A program made the translations under genes and the position numbers. The notes beneath the pieces were generated by a model. The model was not told the origin of the DNA, ran no database searches, and saw nothing but the letters and a program-made list of their open reading frames with translations. This document shows, piece by piece, positions 20,742 through 30,266 of a DNA stretch of 64,000 nt. The DNA comes from an uncultured Thermodesulfobacteriota bacterium (GTDB lineage Bacteria; Desulfobacterota; GWC2-55-46; JADFVP01): the NCBI GenBank assembly GCA_964407495.1, contig CAYOVP010000005.1, forward strand, positions 905 to 64,904. Reading direction: 5' to 3'. Each line of letters opens with the position of its first letter. Position 1 is the stretch's first letter.

Positions 20742-21806
20742 ATGGGTGTACCGCTCATACAACAGGTCCGCATAGGGGCCTATATCATGACGAGGAGCCT
20801 CAGGAGGGAGAAGCGCTTCCCCCTCGTCCTCATGCTTGAACCCCTCTTTCAATGCAACCTCGCCTGCGCAGGTTGCGGAAAGATAGACTACCCGCCCGAG
20901 ATCCTCAAGAAGAGACTCTCTGTGGAGGAATGTGTAGATGCGGCCCTTGAGTGCGGGGCGCCGGTAGTATCCATACCAGGCGGAGAGCCCCTCATACACC
21001 CGGAGATAGGCAGGATAGTACGGGGCCTTACGGGGCTGAAGAAGTTCGTATACCTCTGTACAAACGCCCTTCTTCTGAAGCGCAAGATGGACCTCTTCGA
21101 ACCAAGCCCCTACCTCACCTTCAGCATACACCTCGACGGCCTCGAGGAACGCCACGACAGCCTCGTGTCCTGCGAAGGGGTCTTCGAGAGCGCCGTGGAG
21201 GCCATAAGACTTGCCAAGAAACGGGGCTTTCGCGTTACCACCAACACCACCATTTACGGGAACGAATCGCCTGAAGAGGCAGTACGTCTCTTCGAGTTCA
21301 TCTCCGGCCTCGGCGTAGAGGGCATGACCTTGTCACCAGCCTTTCACTACGGCAACGCAAGAGAAAAGAAAGATTTTCTCGGACGGGAGGAGGCCGTGCT
21401 CATCATGAGGAGACTTATCAGGGAGGGCGCGATCCGGGGTTGGAAGTTCAATCACAGCACTCTCTTCCTCGACTTCCTCGCAGGCAACCAGGACTACCGT
21501 TGCTCCCCCTGGGGCAATCCCACGCGCAATATCTTCGGCTGGCAGATGCCCTGTTATCTCCTCAACGAGGGATACGCATCTTCTTACAGGGAACTCATGG
21601 AGAAGACGGACTGGGAGGCCTATGGCTATGACAGGAACGCCAAGTGCGCAGACTGCATGGTACACTGCGGGTATGAGCCAACGGCTGTCATGGACACACT
21701 TCGCCACCCCCTGAAGGCCCTCGTGGCCAAGTTGGGAGGCGTGGACCGAAAGGGGGCAGAGAGGCCACGCCCCGTAAAGACCATTCCGCCCCAGGAGACA
21801 ACCTAA
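20742..21806 (+). CDS. hpnH: Adenosylhopane synthase (radical SAM) HpnH
   Basis: 'EPLFQCNLACAGCGKI' radical SAM motif and C-terminal 'CADCMVHCGYE' (DUF3463-like), as in HpnH. Confidence 0.85.
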   Translation: MGVPLIQQVRIGAYIMTRSLRREKRFPLVLMLEPLFQCNLACAGCGKIDYPPEILKKRLSVEECVDAALECGAPVVSIPGGEPLIHPEIGRIVRGLTGLKKFVYLCTNALLLKRKMDLFEPSPYLTFSIHLDGLEERHDSLVSCEGVFESAVEAIRLAKKRGFRVTTNTTIYGNESPEEAVRLFEFISGLGVEGMTLSPAFHYGNAREKKDFLGREEAVLIMRRLIREGAIRGWKFNHSTLFLDFLAGNQDYRCSPWGNPTRNIFGWQMPCYLLNEGYASSYRELMEKTDWEAYGYDRNAKCADCMVHCGYEPTAVMDTLRHPLKALVAKLGGVDRKGAERPRPVKTIPPQETT

Positions 21807-21846
21807 CCCCACCTACCCTTAGCACCCCCAGACAACCTGGTCGCCG

Positions 21847-22389
21847 CTAAAACCCTATGGCAAGAGTAAGGAGGATCTCGTCCTCTCCAGGGTTCTTGTC
21901 GTGCACATTGGCATTGGATAGGTGGCCAAGGCGGAGCCCGACCCTCATGCGTTCCAAGACCTGGTAGTCGAAGTTGAGGGCAAGGCGGAATGTAAAGACA
22001 CCGCCGAGGTTTCTGCTCGACCCCTTGTGATACCCGCCCATGGCCGCAACAGGCGTAAGAACGAAGTCTCCATACAAGAGGTCTGCGTAAAAGCCGGCAT
22101 ACCCGTAGAACGCGCCGTCTGTGTTTGCAAGGATACCTATGAGGGGACCCACGAAGTAGTACTTCTTTCCAAAACGCAGTTCCCCGTTGAGTTCGCCCGC
22201 GCCGTCTCCATCGTCCACATTGTGAAAAGAAAAGGCACCTGCCCCAATATCTGCGTAATTGTACGAATCCCCTGCAACACTGAAGTTGCCAGATGAATAG
22301 AAGGGCGTCTGCCTGCCACCGGCAAGGGCCGTAGAAGCGGCAAAGAGGAGGAAGAAAAAGAGAATGCCTCTTGTGAGAAAAATGCGCAC
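21847..22389 (-). CDS. Outer-membrane beta-barrel protein, PagL-like acyloxyacyl hydrolase family
   Basis: Signal peptide, alternating-hydrophobic beta-strands, 'HLSNA' His/Ser region and a C-terminal aromatic residue. Confidence 0.5.
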   Translation of the reverse strand: MRIFLTRGILFFFLLFAASTALAGGRQTPFYSSGNFSVAGDSYNYADIGAGAFSFHNVDDGDGAGELNGELRFGKKYYFVGPLIGILANTDGAFYGYAGFYADLLYGDFVLTPVAAMGGYHKGSSRNLGGVFTFRLALNFDYQVLERMRVGLRLGHLSNANVHDKNPGEDEILLTLAIGF

Positions 22390-22652
22390 CTATTTCTCCT
22401 TTGTAGTAAAGACAAGGAAGGCAGAAAAAAACCGCTTAGTAAAAAAAGGAAAATACTTAAGGGAATCGCGTTACAGCGGCCCTGATCCGTAAAAGAGGCC
22501 GTTTCTCAGGGCCCAAGGCAAGGTGCAGCAAAAAAATCGCTTCTGGAAAGACGGTGAGACTATAACACTTGATGAGCGAGATGTAAAGCAGTGGACTGAG
22601 GACTCGAAAGGATTTGAGGCAAGAAAGCCTGGCCAGCAGACCCCTCTTACCC

Positions 22653-23438
22653 TCACTGGCCCTGCGCTCCACTGCCAGGGACGAGTGCAGAAAAAAAACC
22701 CTCGTCCACGAGGGCGCGCCAGGCGCGGCCCAGGGAAGATGTTGCCGAGTCAAAGGACTTCTTGAGATGCACCATCTCCTTCAGAAGGGAGGGCCGCTTC
22801 AGACATCTGCCAAGAAGTCTGCCTGTCATCAGACCACCCTCATCGTCCAGGCAGTCGTAAAGGTCTTCAGATATGCCTTGCTCTGCCGTGTCGCAGACAG
22901 CGCGCATCACAAGAAAGGGCACGCCCTCTCTTGCCGCCAGAGCGGCCACGGCCCCGCTCTCCATGTCAACGGCAAGGGCCCCGCTCTCCCGGAAGAGCCT
23001 GGCCTTGGCCCCTGCAGTGAGTACGGCCCCCGTGGTGCTCACCAGAGGGCCACGCGTAAAAACCACCCCCGCCCTCTTCAGCGCACCTGCCGCAAGGTCG
23101 AGTAAGTCCTTCCGGGCGGCATGGAAACCGCCCCCCCCTTCAAGTATGACCCCTCCGGCGAGAACCACGTCCCCTGAACCGAGTCCTGGTGAGAGGGCAC
23201 CGGAGACGCCAAGACTGAGGAGCAACTCCGCCCCCTCATCAAGGGCCAAGGCCGTTGCCACGGTGGCCCGCTCCATGCCCACGCCAGAGAGCACTGCTAT
23301 GAGTTCACTTACACCAAGGCTCGTCCTCGCCACGGTTGGCCCGCCCTTGCTGGTGCCGCCGCCTGAGGCCTCCCACCTTACGCGGCCAAGCACTGCACGT
23401 GCCTCGGCCCTGAGCGCCAATACGAGACCAACCCTCAC
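22653..23438 (-). CDS. hpnG: PNP/MTA-nucleosidase-family hopanoid-associated phosphorylase HpnG-like
   Basis: PNP_UDP fold motifs ('GVGMERA', 'AVDMESGA'). Directly downstream of shc with a 4-nt overlap. Confidence 0.7.
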   Translation of the reverse strand: MRVGLVLALRAEARAVLGRVRWEASGGGTSKGGPTVARTSLGVSELIAVLSGVGMERATVATALALDEGAELLLSLGVSGALSPGLGSGDVVLAGGVILEGGGGFHAARKDLLDLAAGALKRAGVVFTRGPLVSTTGAVLTAGAKARLFRESGALAVDMESGAVAALAAREGVPFLVMRAVCDTAEQGISEDLYDCLDDEGGLMTGRLLGRCLKRPSLLKEMVHLKKSFDSATSSLGRAWRALVDEGFFSALVPGSGAQGQ

Positions 23439-25507
23439 AGCCCGAGTCTCTTGATGACCGGAATGGTCCAGTCTGGTGGGCGCTCGAGAGATACCTCGTC
23501 CTGGCGGGTCTTTCCTGCATCCTTGAGCCGCCTGTACATGCCAAGGGCCCAGAGAGGAAAGTACAGCCTGTAGCCATGGTACTTGAGATAGAAGACGCGG
23601 GGAAAGCCAGTGCCTGTATAGAATCTCTCATCCCAGGTTCCATCTGGCTTCTGGGTCTGAAGGAGATACTCGATACCCCGCCTCACGGCCTCATCGTCAT
23701 GACCCGCAACGGCCATAAGCCCCATGACGGCCCATGCGGTCTGGGATGGAGTACTCGGGCCCATGCCTGCAAGGCGCGCGTCGTCATAACTCCGGCAGGT
23801 CTCGCCCCACCCGCCGTCGTCGTTCTGGCGCGAGCGAAGCCACGCCGCGGCCTTCTGTATGTAGGGCTGTCCCATCTCCTCACCTGCCCGCTTAAGGCCA
23901 GCCAAGACGGACCACGTGCCGTATATGTAATTTACGCCCCATCTTCCGAACCATGCGCCGCACTCTTCCTGCTCGGCCCGGAGAAACTCGATGGCACGGG
24001 CTACAGGCGGAAAATCGCGCCTGTAGCCCAGCATGGCGAGGACCTCTACACACCGGCCCGTAACGTCAGAGGTGCTGGGGTCGAGGAGCGCACCGTGGTC
24101 GGCAAAGGGGATATCATTCAGGTAGGTGTAGTTGTTGTCGATATCAAATGCGCCCCAGCCGCCGTCCGAACTCTGCATGCCTATTATCCAGTTTACGGCC
24201 CTTGCTATGGGTTCCCTGTATTCTTTCTTCTCCATGGCGCCTGCACGTAGAAGAGACATCACCACCATGGCCGTGTCGTCAGTGTCGGGATAGAAGTCAT
24301 TCTCGTACTGAAAGGCCCAGCCACCAGGCTCCAGATCAGGGGCATTCACAGACCAGTCGCCCCTTACGAATATCTGGTGCTCGAGGAGCCACTTCACGGC
24401 CTTCCCGGCCCTCTCCTCCAAGCCCTCTCCGCCTGCCTCGGCCATGGCCGAGAGAGATAGACAGGTGTCCCAGACCGGAGAGAAACAGGGCTGGCAGAAC
24501 CCCTCGTCGCCGTGCTCCACGAGAAGGTCGTCGAGGGCCTTCATGCCATGGACCATATCAGGGTGGTCCTTGCTGTACCCCAGTACGCTCAGGGCGATGA
24601 GGCAGTTCACCATTGGAGGGAATATGGCCCCTATGCCGCCCTCGCCTCGCATGCGCTCCAAGATGAAACGCTCGGCAAGTGCGGTGGCCCGGTCCTGCCA
24701 GAGTCTCGATATGATGGGATCGAGTCTCTTTATGATACGGTCCACGAGTATGAAGAAGTTCTTGCGCGGCCTGCCGGTGACAAACTTGTCTATGTGGCCG
24801 ATCTTGTCCGGAGGTGATACGAAGAGTTCATAGAGACACTCCTCGGGTCTGAGCGTACAGACCGTCCGGCGGGAGCAGAAGACGAGGAGCGTGACTATCA
24901 CGGTGCGCGACCAGTATGAGACCTTGTCGATATGAAAGGGAAACCAGCGCGGCAGGAGCATTATCTGCACGGGTATGGCGGGTACGGTGCGCCAGGGTAT
25001 CTGACCGTAAAGGGCAAGGAGTATGCGCGTAAAGACATTGACTCGTGCGGCCCCGCCCAGGCTGAGTATGAGTTGCCTTGCGCGGACCATGTGGGGTTCG
25101 TCCGGCGAGTCGCCAGAGAGTTTCAAGGCAAAGTAGGCCTTCACAGTGGCGCTTATGTCCGAGAACCCGCCCTCATAGAGCGGCCAGCCTCCATCGGCAA
25201 GTTGCCCCCGCCGTATGTAGCGCGTGAGGCGTTCCTTCAGGGCCGGATCCATCTCGCGTTCGAGGAAACGCTGGAGTATTATGTACTCGGCGGGGATGGT
25301 GACGTCGGCCTCGAGGTCGAATACCCAGTTTCCAGCCTCCGCCTGCAACCCGCCAAGGGCCCTGAAGGCCCTCTCTGCAGACTCTTCGAGCCCAGGGTAG
25401 GCCCCCAGCCGGTCCTCGACGCGCCGAGCCGCCGGGCCGGCTACCCTGAGCCTCCCTCTCGACCTCTTCATCATGCCAAAGACCTTCTTCTCCTTCATCT
25501 CGCTCAT
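23435..25507 (-). CDS. shc: Squalene-hopene cyclase
   Basis: Catalytic 'DTDDTAMV' (DxDD) motif and multiple QW motifs ('GGWG'). Start placed at an internal ATG with a plausible RBS. The ORF track extends to 25684. Confidence 0.9.
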   Translation of the reverse strand: MSEMKEKKVFGMMKRSRGRLRVAGPAARRVEDRLGAYPGLEESAERAFRALGGLQAEAGNWVFDLEADVTIPAEYIILQRFLEREMDPALKERLTRYIRRGQLADGGWPLYEGGFSDISATVKAYFALKLSGDSPDEPHMVRARQLILSLGGAARVNVFTRILLALYGQIPWRTVPAIPVQIMLLPRWFPFHIDKVSYWSRTVIVTLLVFCSRRTVCTLRPEECLYELFVSPPDKIGHIDKFVTGRPRKNFFILVDRIIKRLDPIISRLWQDRATALAERFILERMRGEGGIGAIFPPMVNCLIALSVLGYSKDHPDMVHGMKALDDLLVEHGDEGFCQPCFSPVWDTCLSLSAMAEAGGEGLEERAGKAVKWLLEHQIFVRGDWSVNAPDLEPGGWAFQYENDFYPDTDDTAMVVMSLLRAGAMEKKEYREPIARAVNWIIGMQSSDGGWGAFDIDNNYTYLNDIPFADHGALLDPSTSDVTGRCVEVLAMLGYRRDFPPVARAIEFLRAEQEECGAWFGRWGVNYIYGTWSVLAGLKRAGEEMGQPYIQKAAAWLRSRQNDDGGWGETCRSYDDARLAGMGPSTPSQTAWAVMGLMAVAGHDDEAVRRGIEYLLQTQKPDGTWDERFYTGTGFPRVFYLKYHGYRLYFPLWALGMYRRLKDAGKTRQDEVSLERPPDWTIPVIKRLGL

Positions 25508-25888
25508 GCCTATCTCTCTACGACGCTCCTCAGATATGATGATGCTCTGAAAGAAAATAAAGGGTTGATTACAGTACTCGATTCTACTAAGGATTAATTG
25601 TACCCATGTTTCTGTCCATTGCAAGCGAAAATAGGGCGAGACATGCCTGCCGCGCCCCAGTACGTAAGGCCGCTTCAGGGTCATGGGGACTCAAGGGTTT
25701 TTTCTTGACTCTTGTTTTTTTTATACCTAAAATGCACAGATACATCCATGCCCGTTGCTATTGGCCCGCCGTACCGTGGGGCTACGCAATCGGAAGCGAG
25801 ACAGCGGGTTGCAAGGCCTGTATGTCAAACCATCTAACAGAACCTTTATTCATCTTGTCTTGAGAAGATGCAAGGAGGGCCACCCCCC

Positions 25889-27040
25889 ATGTCCAGCATA
25901 AAGGTAGCCATAGTGGGAGCGGGCAACTGCGCCAGTTCCTTTATCCAGGGGATTCACTACTACAGGACAAAGACCCCTGAGGAGGCAGTAGGCCTCATGC
26001 ACTGGGAGATAGGCGGGTTCAGGCCCGGTGACATAGACGTAGTTGCGGCCTTTGACATAGACGGGCGCAAGGTAGGCCGTGACATTTCAGAGGCCATCTT
26101 CAGCCCGCCCAACTGCACCCTTGTCTTTCAGGACGATATCCCACCTACAGGCGTTCGCGTAAAGATGGGCCGCGTGCTCGACGGCTTTCCTCCTCACATG
26201 GAGAACTTCAACGAAGAGCGGCGCTTTGTTCTCGCCAGCGAGGCAGAGCCCACAAAAGAAGAAGTAGTGGCCACGCTCCGTGAATCCGGGGCCGAGATAC
26301 TCCTCAACTATCTCCCCGTTGGCTCGGAAAAGGCGACCCGCTTCTATGCCGAGTGCGCCCTCGATGCAGGTCTTGCCATGGTGAACAACATACCGGTCTT
26401 CATAGCCAGTGACGAGACCTGGGCCGCGAGGTTCAGGGAAAGGGGCCTGCCCATTATCGGCGACGACATAAAGGCCCAGCTCGGTGCCACCATCACGCAC
26501 AGGACACTTACGGACCTCTTCAGGAAACGGGGCGTACGCCTCGAACGTACCTACCAACTCAACACAGGGGGCAATACCGACTTTCTGAACATGCTCCAGA
26601 GGACACGCCTCCTCTCCAAGAAGATATCAAAGACCGAGGCCGTCCAGTCCGTGGCAGGGGAGCGTCTCGACGAGGAGAATATACACGTTGGTCCAAGCGA
26701 TTACGTACCCTGGCAGAACGACAACAAGATCTGCTTCATACGCATGGAGGGCAGACTATTCGGCGATGTGCCCATGAACCTCGAACTGCGACTCTCGGTG
26801 GAAGACTCGCCAAACTCGGCAGGAGTGGCAATAGACGCTGTGCGTTGCTGTAAACTGGCCATCGAGCGCGGTCAATCGGGCGTACTCTGCCCGCCATCGG
26901 CATACCTCATGAAACACCCTCCGGTGCAGTTCAATGACGATGATGCGTACAAGATGATAGAGGACTTCATCAGCGGAGACCATGAAAAGAACGAAGAACC
27001 GGCCATAATGGAGAACCACAAGAAGGCAGGTTGCCTCTAA
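25889..27040 (+). CDS. ino1: myo-Inositol-1-phosphate synthase
   Basis: Near-colinear with actinobacterial/archaeal MIPS: '[12 protein letters not shown]', 'YLPVGSE', '[15 protein letters not shown]', '[12 protein letters not shown]', 'DSPNSAG', 'AYLMKHPP'. ATG at 25889 has an AAGGAGG RBS. Confidence 0.9.
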   Translation: MSSIKVAIVGAGNCASSFIQGIHYYRTKTPEEAVGLMHWEIGGFRPGDIDVVAAFDIDGRKVGRDISEAIFSPPNCTLVFQDDIPPTGVRVKMGRVLDGFPPHMENFNEERRFVLASEAEPTKEEVVATLRESGAEILLNYLPVGSEKATRFYAECALDAGLAMVNNIPVFIASDETWAARFRERGLPIIGDDIKAQLGATITHRTLTDLFRKRGVRLERTYQLNTGGNTDFLNMLQRTRLLSKKISKTEAVQSVAGERLDEENIHVGPSDYVPWQNDNKICFIRMEGRLFGDVPMNLELRLSVEDSPNSAGVAIDAVRCCKLAIERGQSGVLCPPSAYLMKHPPVQFNDDDAYKMIEDFISGDHEKNEEPAIMENHKKAGCL

Positions 27041-27091
27041 AAAAAACGACCGGCCCTGCGCTGAGGGCCTGCGAATAAGAGAGAGACAGAG

Positions 27092-27130
27092 AAGGGGGAG
27101 GCCATGAACATGGCCTCCCCCTTCTTCTGG
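27092..27130 (+). terminator. Rho-independent terminator after ino1
   Basis: 'gggggaggccatgaacatggcctccccc' hairpin followed by 'ttcttctgg'. Confidence 0.55.
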
Positions 27131-27182
27131 CAGAGTTCTCATAAAGACTCGAGGCGCTTATATCAGGACCATGGCCTTGGGA

Positions 27183-27839
27183 CTAACCTTTCTTGTGGTG
27201 ATGCTTCGGCGCATAGGGTTTTCTGCCCTTGAGTTTCTTCTTGAGGCCCTTTACGAGGTCTTCGTATGACGAGTTCTGTATTATCTGGTTGAACTGCGTG
27301 CGGTAGTTGCTCACAAGGCTCACGCCCTCGATGACGATATCATAGGCCACCCACCCCTTGCCCTTCTTCATCATCCTGTAGTCTATGGGCACCTCGGTAT
27401 CCTTCCTCGTCACTACCAGGGTCTTGACCACGCCTCGGGTTCCCTTCTTGTTAATCTTCTCTCCCTTGAAGTAGACCTTGGCGTCATAGTTGGCCTCTAT
27501 CTTGTCCATGTACGAGTCCTCGAGGAGTTCGCTGAAGAGGGCCGTGAACTCGCCTCTCTCTGCATCCGTGCGTTTTCGCCAGTGTATCCCAAGAGACCTC
27601 TTCGTCATCTCCTCGAAGTCTATGGCATCCTCGATGGCGGCGCGGACCTTGGCCCTGCGCTCTGCGGTATGTTCCTTGCCCATGAGGGCCGGGTCGTTGA
27701 GCACCACAAAGGCCCTATCTATAGCGGATCTGACCGTGGCGGTCATGGCAGTTGTCTCGGTAGAGGCGCTGAGGCGCGCCATTGCCAGTACAAGGACGAG
27801 CGCTACAGCCAGTGTGCAGAGCCTGGAGATCTTCTTCAT
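27183..27839 (-). CDS. mlaC: Phospholipid-binding protein MlaC
   Basis: Signal peptide plus Ttg2D domain. Close paralog of the 8432-9082 protein ('YDIVIEGVSLVSNYRTQF' identical). ATG with a GGAGGT RBS. Confidence 0.75.
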   Translation of the reverse strand: MKKISRLCTLAVALVLVLAMARLSASTETTAMTATVRSAIDRAFVVLNDPALMGKEHTAERRAKVRAAIEDAIDFEEMTKRSLGIHWRKRTDAERGEFTALFSELLEDSYMDKIEANYDAKVYFKGEKINKKGTRGVVKTLVVTRKDTEVPIDYRMMKKGKGWVAYDIVIEGVSLVSNYRTQFNQIIQNSSYEDLVKGLKKKLKGRKPYAPKHHHKKG

Positions 27840-27872
27840 GGCAACCACCTCCAGTTTTAGAGATGCAGGGCC

Positions 27873-28952
27873 CTACTTCTTTATCTCACTCACGCGGTGT
27901 TGCTGATAGGCGTTCCGGATGAAGATGTAAGGGTCGAGGGCGTCACGCTTGATGCCCTCGTAAAGGCCTATGTTGAGGGAGGCCTCGTTGACCTTCTGGT
28001 AGGCGTTTATGCCTACAACGATCTCACGGTCATTGGGCAGGATGTACGCCGTAGGGCTCGCGAAGATATCGGCCACCATGCCGATGGTGTCCCTGATGTT
28101 GGAGGGCCCGAAGACCGGCAGGTTCAGGTACAGCCCCGGGCCGAATCCGTAGAAACCAAGAGTCTGGCCGAAGTCCTCTTCATGCATCTCCATGTTCCAC
28201 CACTTCTTGGCAGGGTCCATGAAACCGGCCACCCCTAAGGTGGTGTTTATGACAAAGCGCGCGACCTCTTCAGCGGCGTTCTTGAACTTGAATTGAAGTA
28301 CGTTGTTGGCAAAACGCACGGGCGTGTACGCATTGGCGAAGAACCTCCTAACAGCCACACGGCCCGGCTCCGGGACTACGTGGCTGTATCCAAGGGCAAC
28401 GGGGCGGAGGAACCAGAAGTACAGTTTGTCATTTATCTTGAAGATCAGCCTGTTGAACCCTTCGAGGGGGTCTGCTACAGGCGCCGCTTCCTCGCCGTTC
28501 AGCCCCGCAAGGTCTTCTTCCTCCTCATCAAGAAACTCGTCATCCGAGATAGATTCATCCGTTCCTGTGCTGAGACCTCCCTTTTCCCCCTCTTCGGCTA
28601 CCGACCCCTCTTGAGCAGTCCTGGTGGCACGCCTCTGCTCAAGGCCTCCTGCCCCGCCCTGGGGGGCACCTGTAGTGTATAGCACTGAGGACTTGACTGG
28701 CGTTCTCTCGCTCGCGGTATAGCCCTCTTCGAGAAAACTGTAATCCATGGGCTTAACGTCGCGGGGTGGTCTCTTCTTGGCCCTCGGCACGTACCCCTGG
28801 CCGAGCCCTCCGTTGGTTACGTATATGACCCGTGAGCCCCCTGTAGCCGCGGTATCGGAATCGGCCCTGGCAGGCACAAGGCCGTAAAGCAGGAGGGCCA
28901 GCACAAAGACCGGGACCATCATTCCCTTCTTGTATGTCCATGTAAGGCGCAT
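27873..28952 (-). CDS. mlaA: Lipoprotein MlaA/VacJ
   Basis: MlaA signature 'DPLEGFNR' and central conserved region. Has an acidic low-complexity insert. Confidence 0.8.
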   Translation of the reverse strand: MRLTWTYKKGMMVPVFVLALLLYGLVPARADSDTAATGGSRVIYVTNGGLGQGYVPRAKKRPPRDVKPMDYSFLEEGYTASERTPVKSSVLYTTGAPQGGAGGLEQRRATRTAQEGSVAEEGEKGGLSTGTDESISDDEFLDEEEEDLAGLNGEEAAPVADPLEGFNRLIFKINDKLYFWFLRPVALGYSHVVPEPGRVAVRRFFANAYTPVRFANNVLQFKFKNAAEEVARFVINTTLGVAGFMDPAKKWWNMEMHEEDFGQTLGFYGFGPGLYLNLPVFGPSNIRDTIGMVADIFASPTAYILPNDREIVVGINAYQKVNEASLNIGLYEGIKRDALDPYIFIRNAYQQHRVSEIKK

Positions 28953-28989
28953 GATATGTCTCCCTCGTTAAGGTACGCGGCGGAGCGGG

Positions 28990-29430
28990 TTACTTTGTGC
29001 TGAAGATGTACTTGCTGATAAGTTCCTCCAGGCTCACCGAGGACTCGGTGTCGTTTATGGTATCGCCGTCCTCGAGGTACTCCTCAGAGCCGCCTGGCAC
29101 TATCTTTATGACCTTCTCGCCTATGAGGCCGTTGGTACGCACTGCGGCTATGGAGTCCTCTGGAATCTTCACGTCTTTTCTAATCTTGAGTTCCACGCTG
29201 GAGAGATAGTCCTTCAGGGTAATACGCCCCACAGAACCTATGCTCACCCCTGCTATCTCTATCCTCGCCCCCGACCTCAGCCCTGCCGTAGAGTCGAAGT
29301 CAGCGTGTAGCACATAGTTATTCTTGTCAAGAAGCCCGATATTGCCAAAACTCACGGCAATGTAGGCCATGGCGATGATACCCACGACCACGAAGGCTCC
29401 GACTATGACCTCTATACTGTGCTGTCTCAT
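28990..29430 (-). CDS. mlaD: MCE-domain protein MlaD
   Basis: N-terminal TM segment followed by an MCE domain. 146 aa. Confidence 0.75.
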   Translation of the reverse strand: MRQHSIEVIVGAFVVVGIIAMAYIAVSFGNIGLLDKNNYVLHADFDSTAGLRSGARIEIAGVSIGSVGRITLKDYLSSVELKIRKDVKIPEDSIAAVRTNGLIGEKVIKIVPGGSEEYLEDGDTINDTESSVSLEELISKYIFSTK

Positions 29431-29491
29431 TACTTCCCCCTCTTGTTCGATAGGGTACCTGCCCGGTCACCGGACAGGGCGTGTTAAAGGT

Positions 29492-30238
29492 TCAGTACAA
29501 CTGTATGGGCCCCTCGGGGCTACCTGCGAGAAACTGCCTTACAACGGGGTTATCAGACTCCGCCATCTCGTCTGGCGTGCCGCAGGCGATTATCTCTCCC
29601 TCGTGGAGCATGGCCACCTTGTCGGAAATCTTCATGACCTCGCCTATGTTGTGGCTGATGACAATATCCGTACACTGGACCTCTGCCGTGCAGGTGGTCA
29701 TGAGTTGATGTATGTTGTTCTCCACTATGGGGTCGAGGCCAGTGGTGGGTTCGTCGAAGAACATGTACTCAGGCCTCATGGCAAGGGCCCTCGCTATGCC
29801 CACCCTCTTTGCCATGCCTCCGCTTATCTCATCAGGGTACTTGTGCTCCATGCCGGCCATACCGATGAGCCTTATCATCTCCCTTGCCCTCTCAACTATC
29901 TCTTCTTCGCTCATGGTGGAGAGTTCTCTCATCTGAAAGGCGATGTTGTCGAGCACAGTCATGGAGTCGAAGAGCGCGGCGAACTGGAAGACCATGCCGA
30001 ACTTTCTCTTCACCCGCTTGAGTTCTCTTCTGCTCATCTTGGTGATATCCTCACCGTCCACGATGATACTGCCGCTGTCCGGGCGGATGACCCCTATGAG
30101 ATGCTTCAGGAGTACGCTCTTTCCTCCACCGCTGCGGCCAATGATGGTGGTGGTCTCGCCCTTTTTTATGGTGAGGTTCACTCCACGGAGCACCTCTTGT
30201 CCGTTGAATGATTTTCTGAGATCTATTACCTCTATCAT
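29492..30238 (-). CDS. mlaF: ABC transporter ATP-binding protein MlaF
   Basis: Walker A 'GRSGGGKS', ABC signature 'ISGGMAKRV', Walker B 'FFDEP'. Confidence 0.85.
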   Translation of the reverse strand: MIEVIDLRKSFNGQEVLRGVNLTIKKGETTTIIGRSGGGKSVLLKHLIGVIRPDSGSIIVDGEDITKMSRRELKRVKRKFGMVFQFAALFDSMTVLDNIAFQMRELSTMSEEEIVERAREMIRLIGMAGMEHKYPDEISGGMAKRVGIARALAMRPEYMFFDEPTTGLDPIVENNIHQLMTTCTAEVQCTDIVISHNIGEVMKISDKVAMLHEGEIIACGTPDEMAESDNPVVRQFLAGSPEGPIQLY

Positions 30239-30266
30239 GACAACCTCGCGCGCCCCTGCCTGCCCA

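Noticed and set aside
25507-25684. Longer shc start at 25684
   Set aside because: The extra ~60 residues do not match SHC N-termini. Internal ATG at 25505-25507 gives a typical ~690-aa cyclase with a GAGAG-type RBS. The longer form cannot be strictly excluded.
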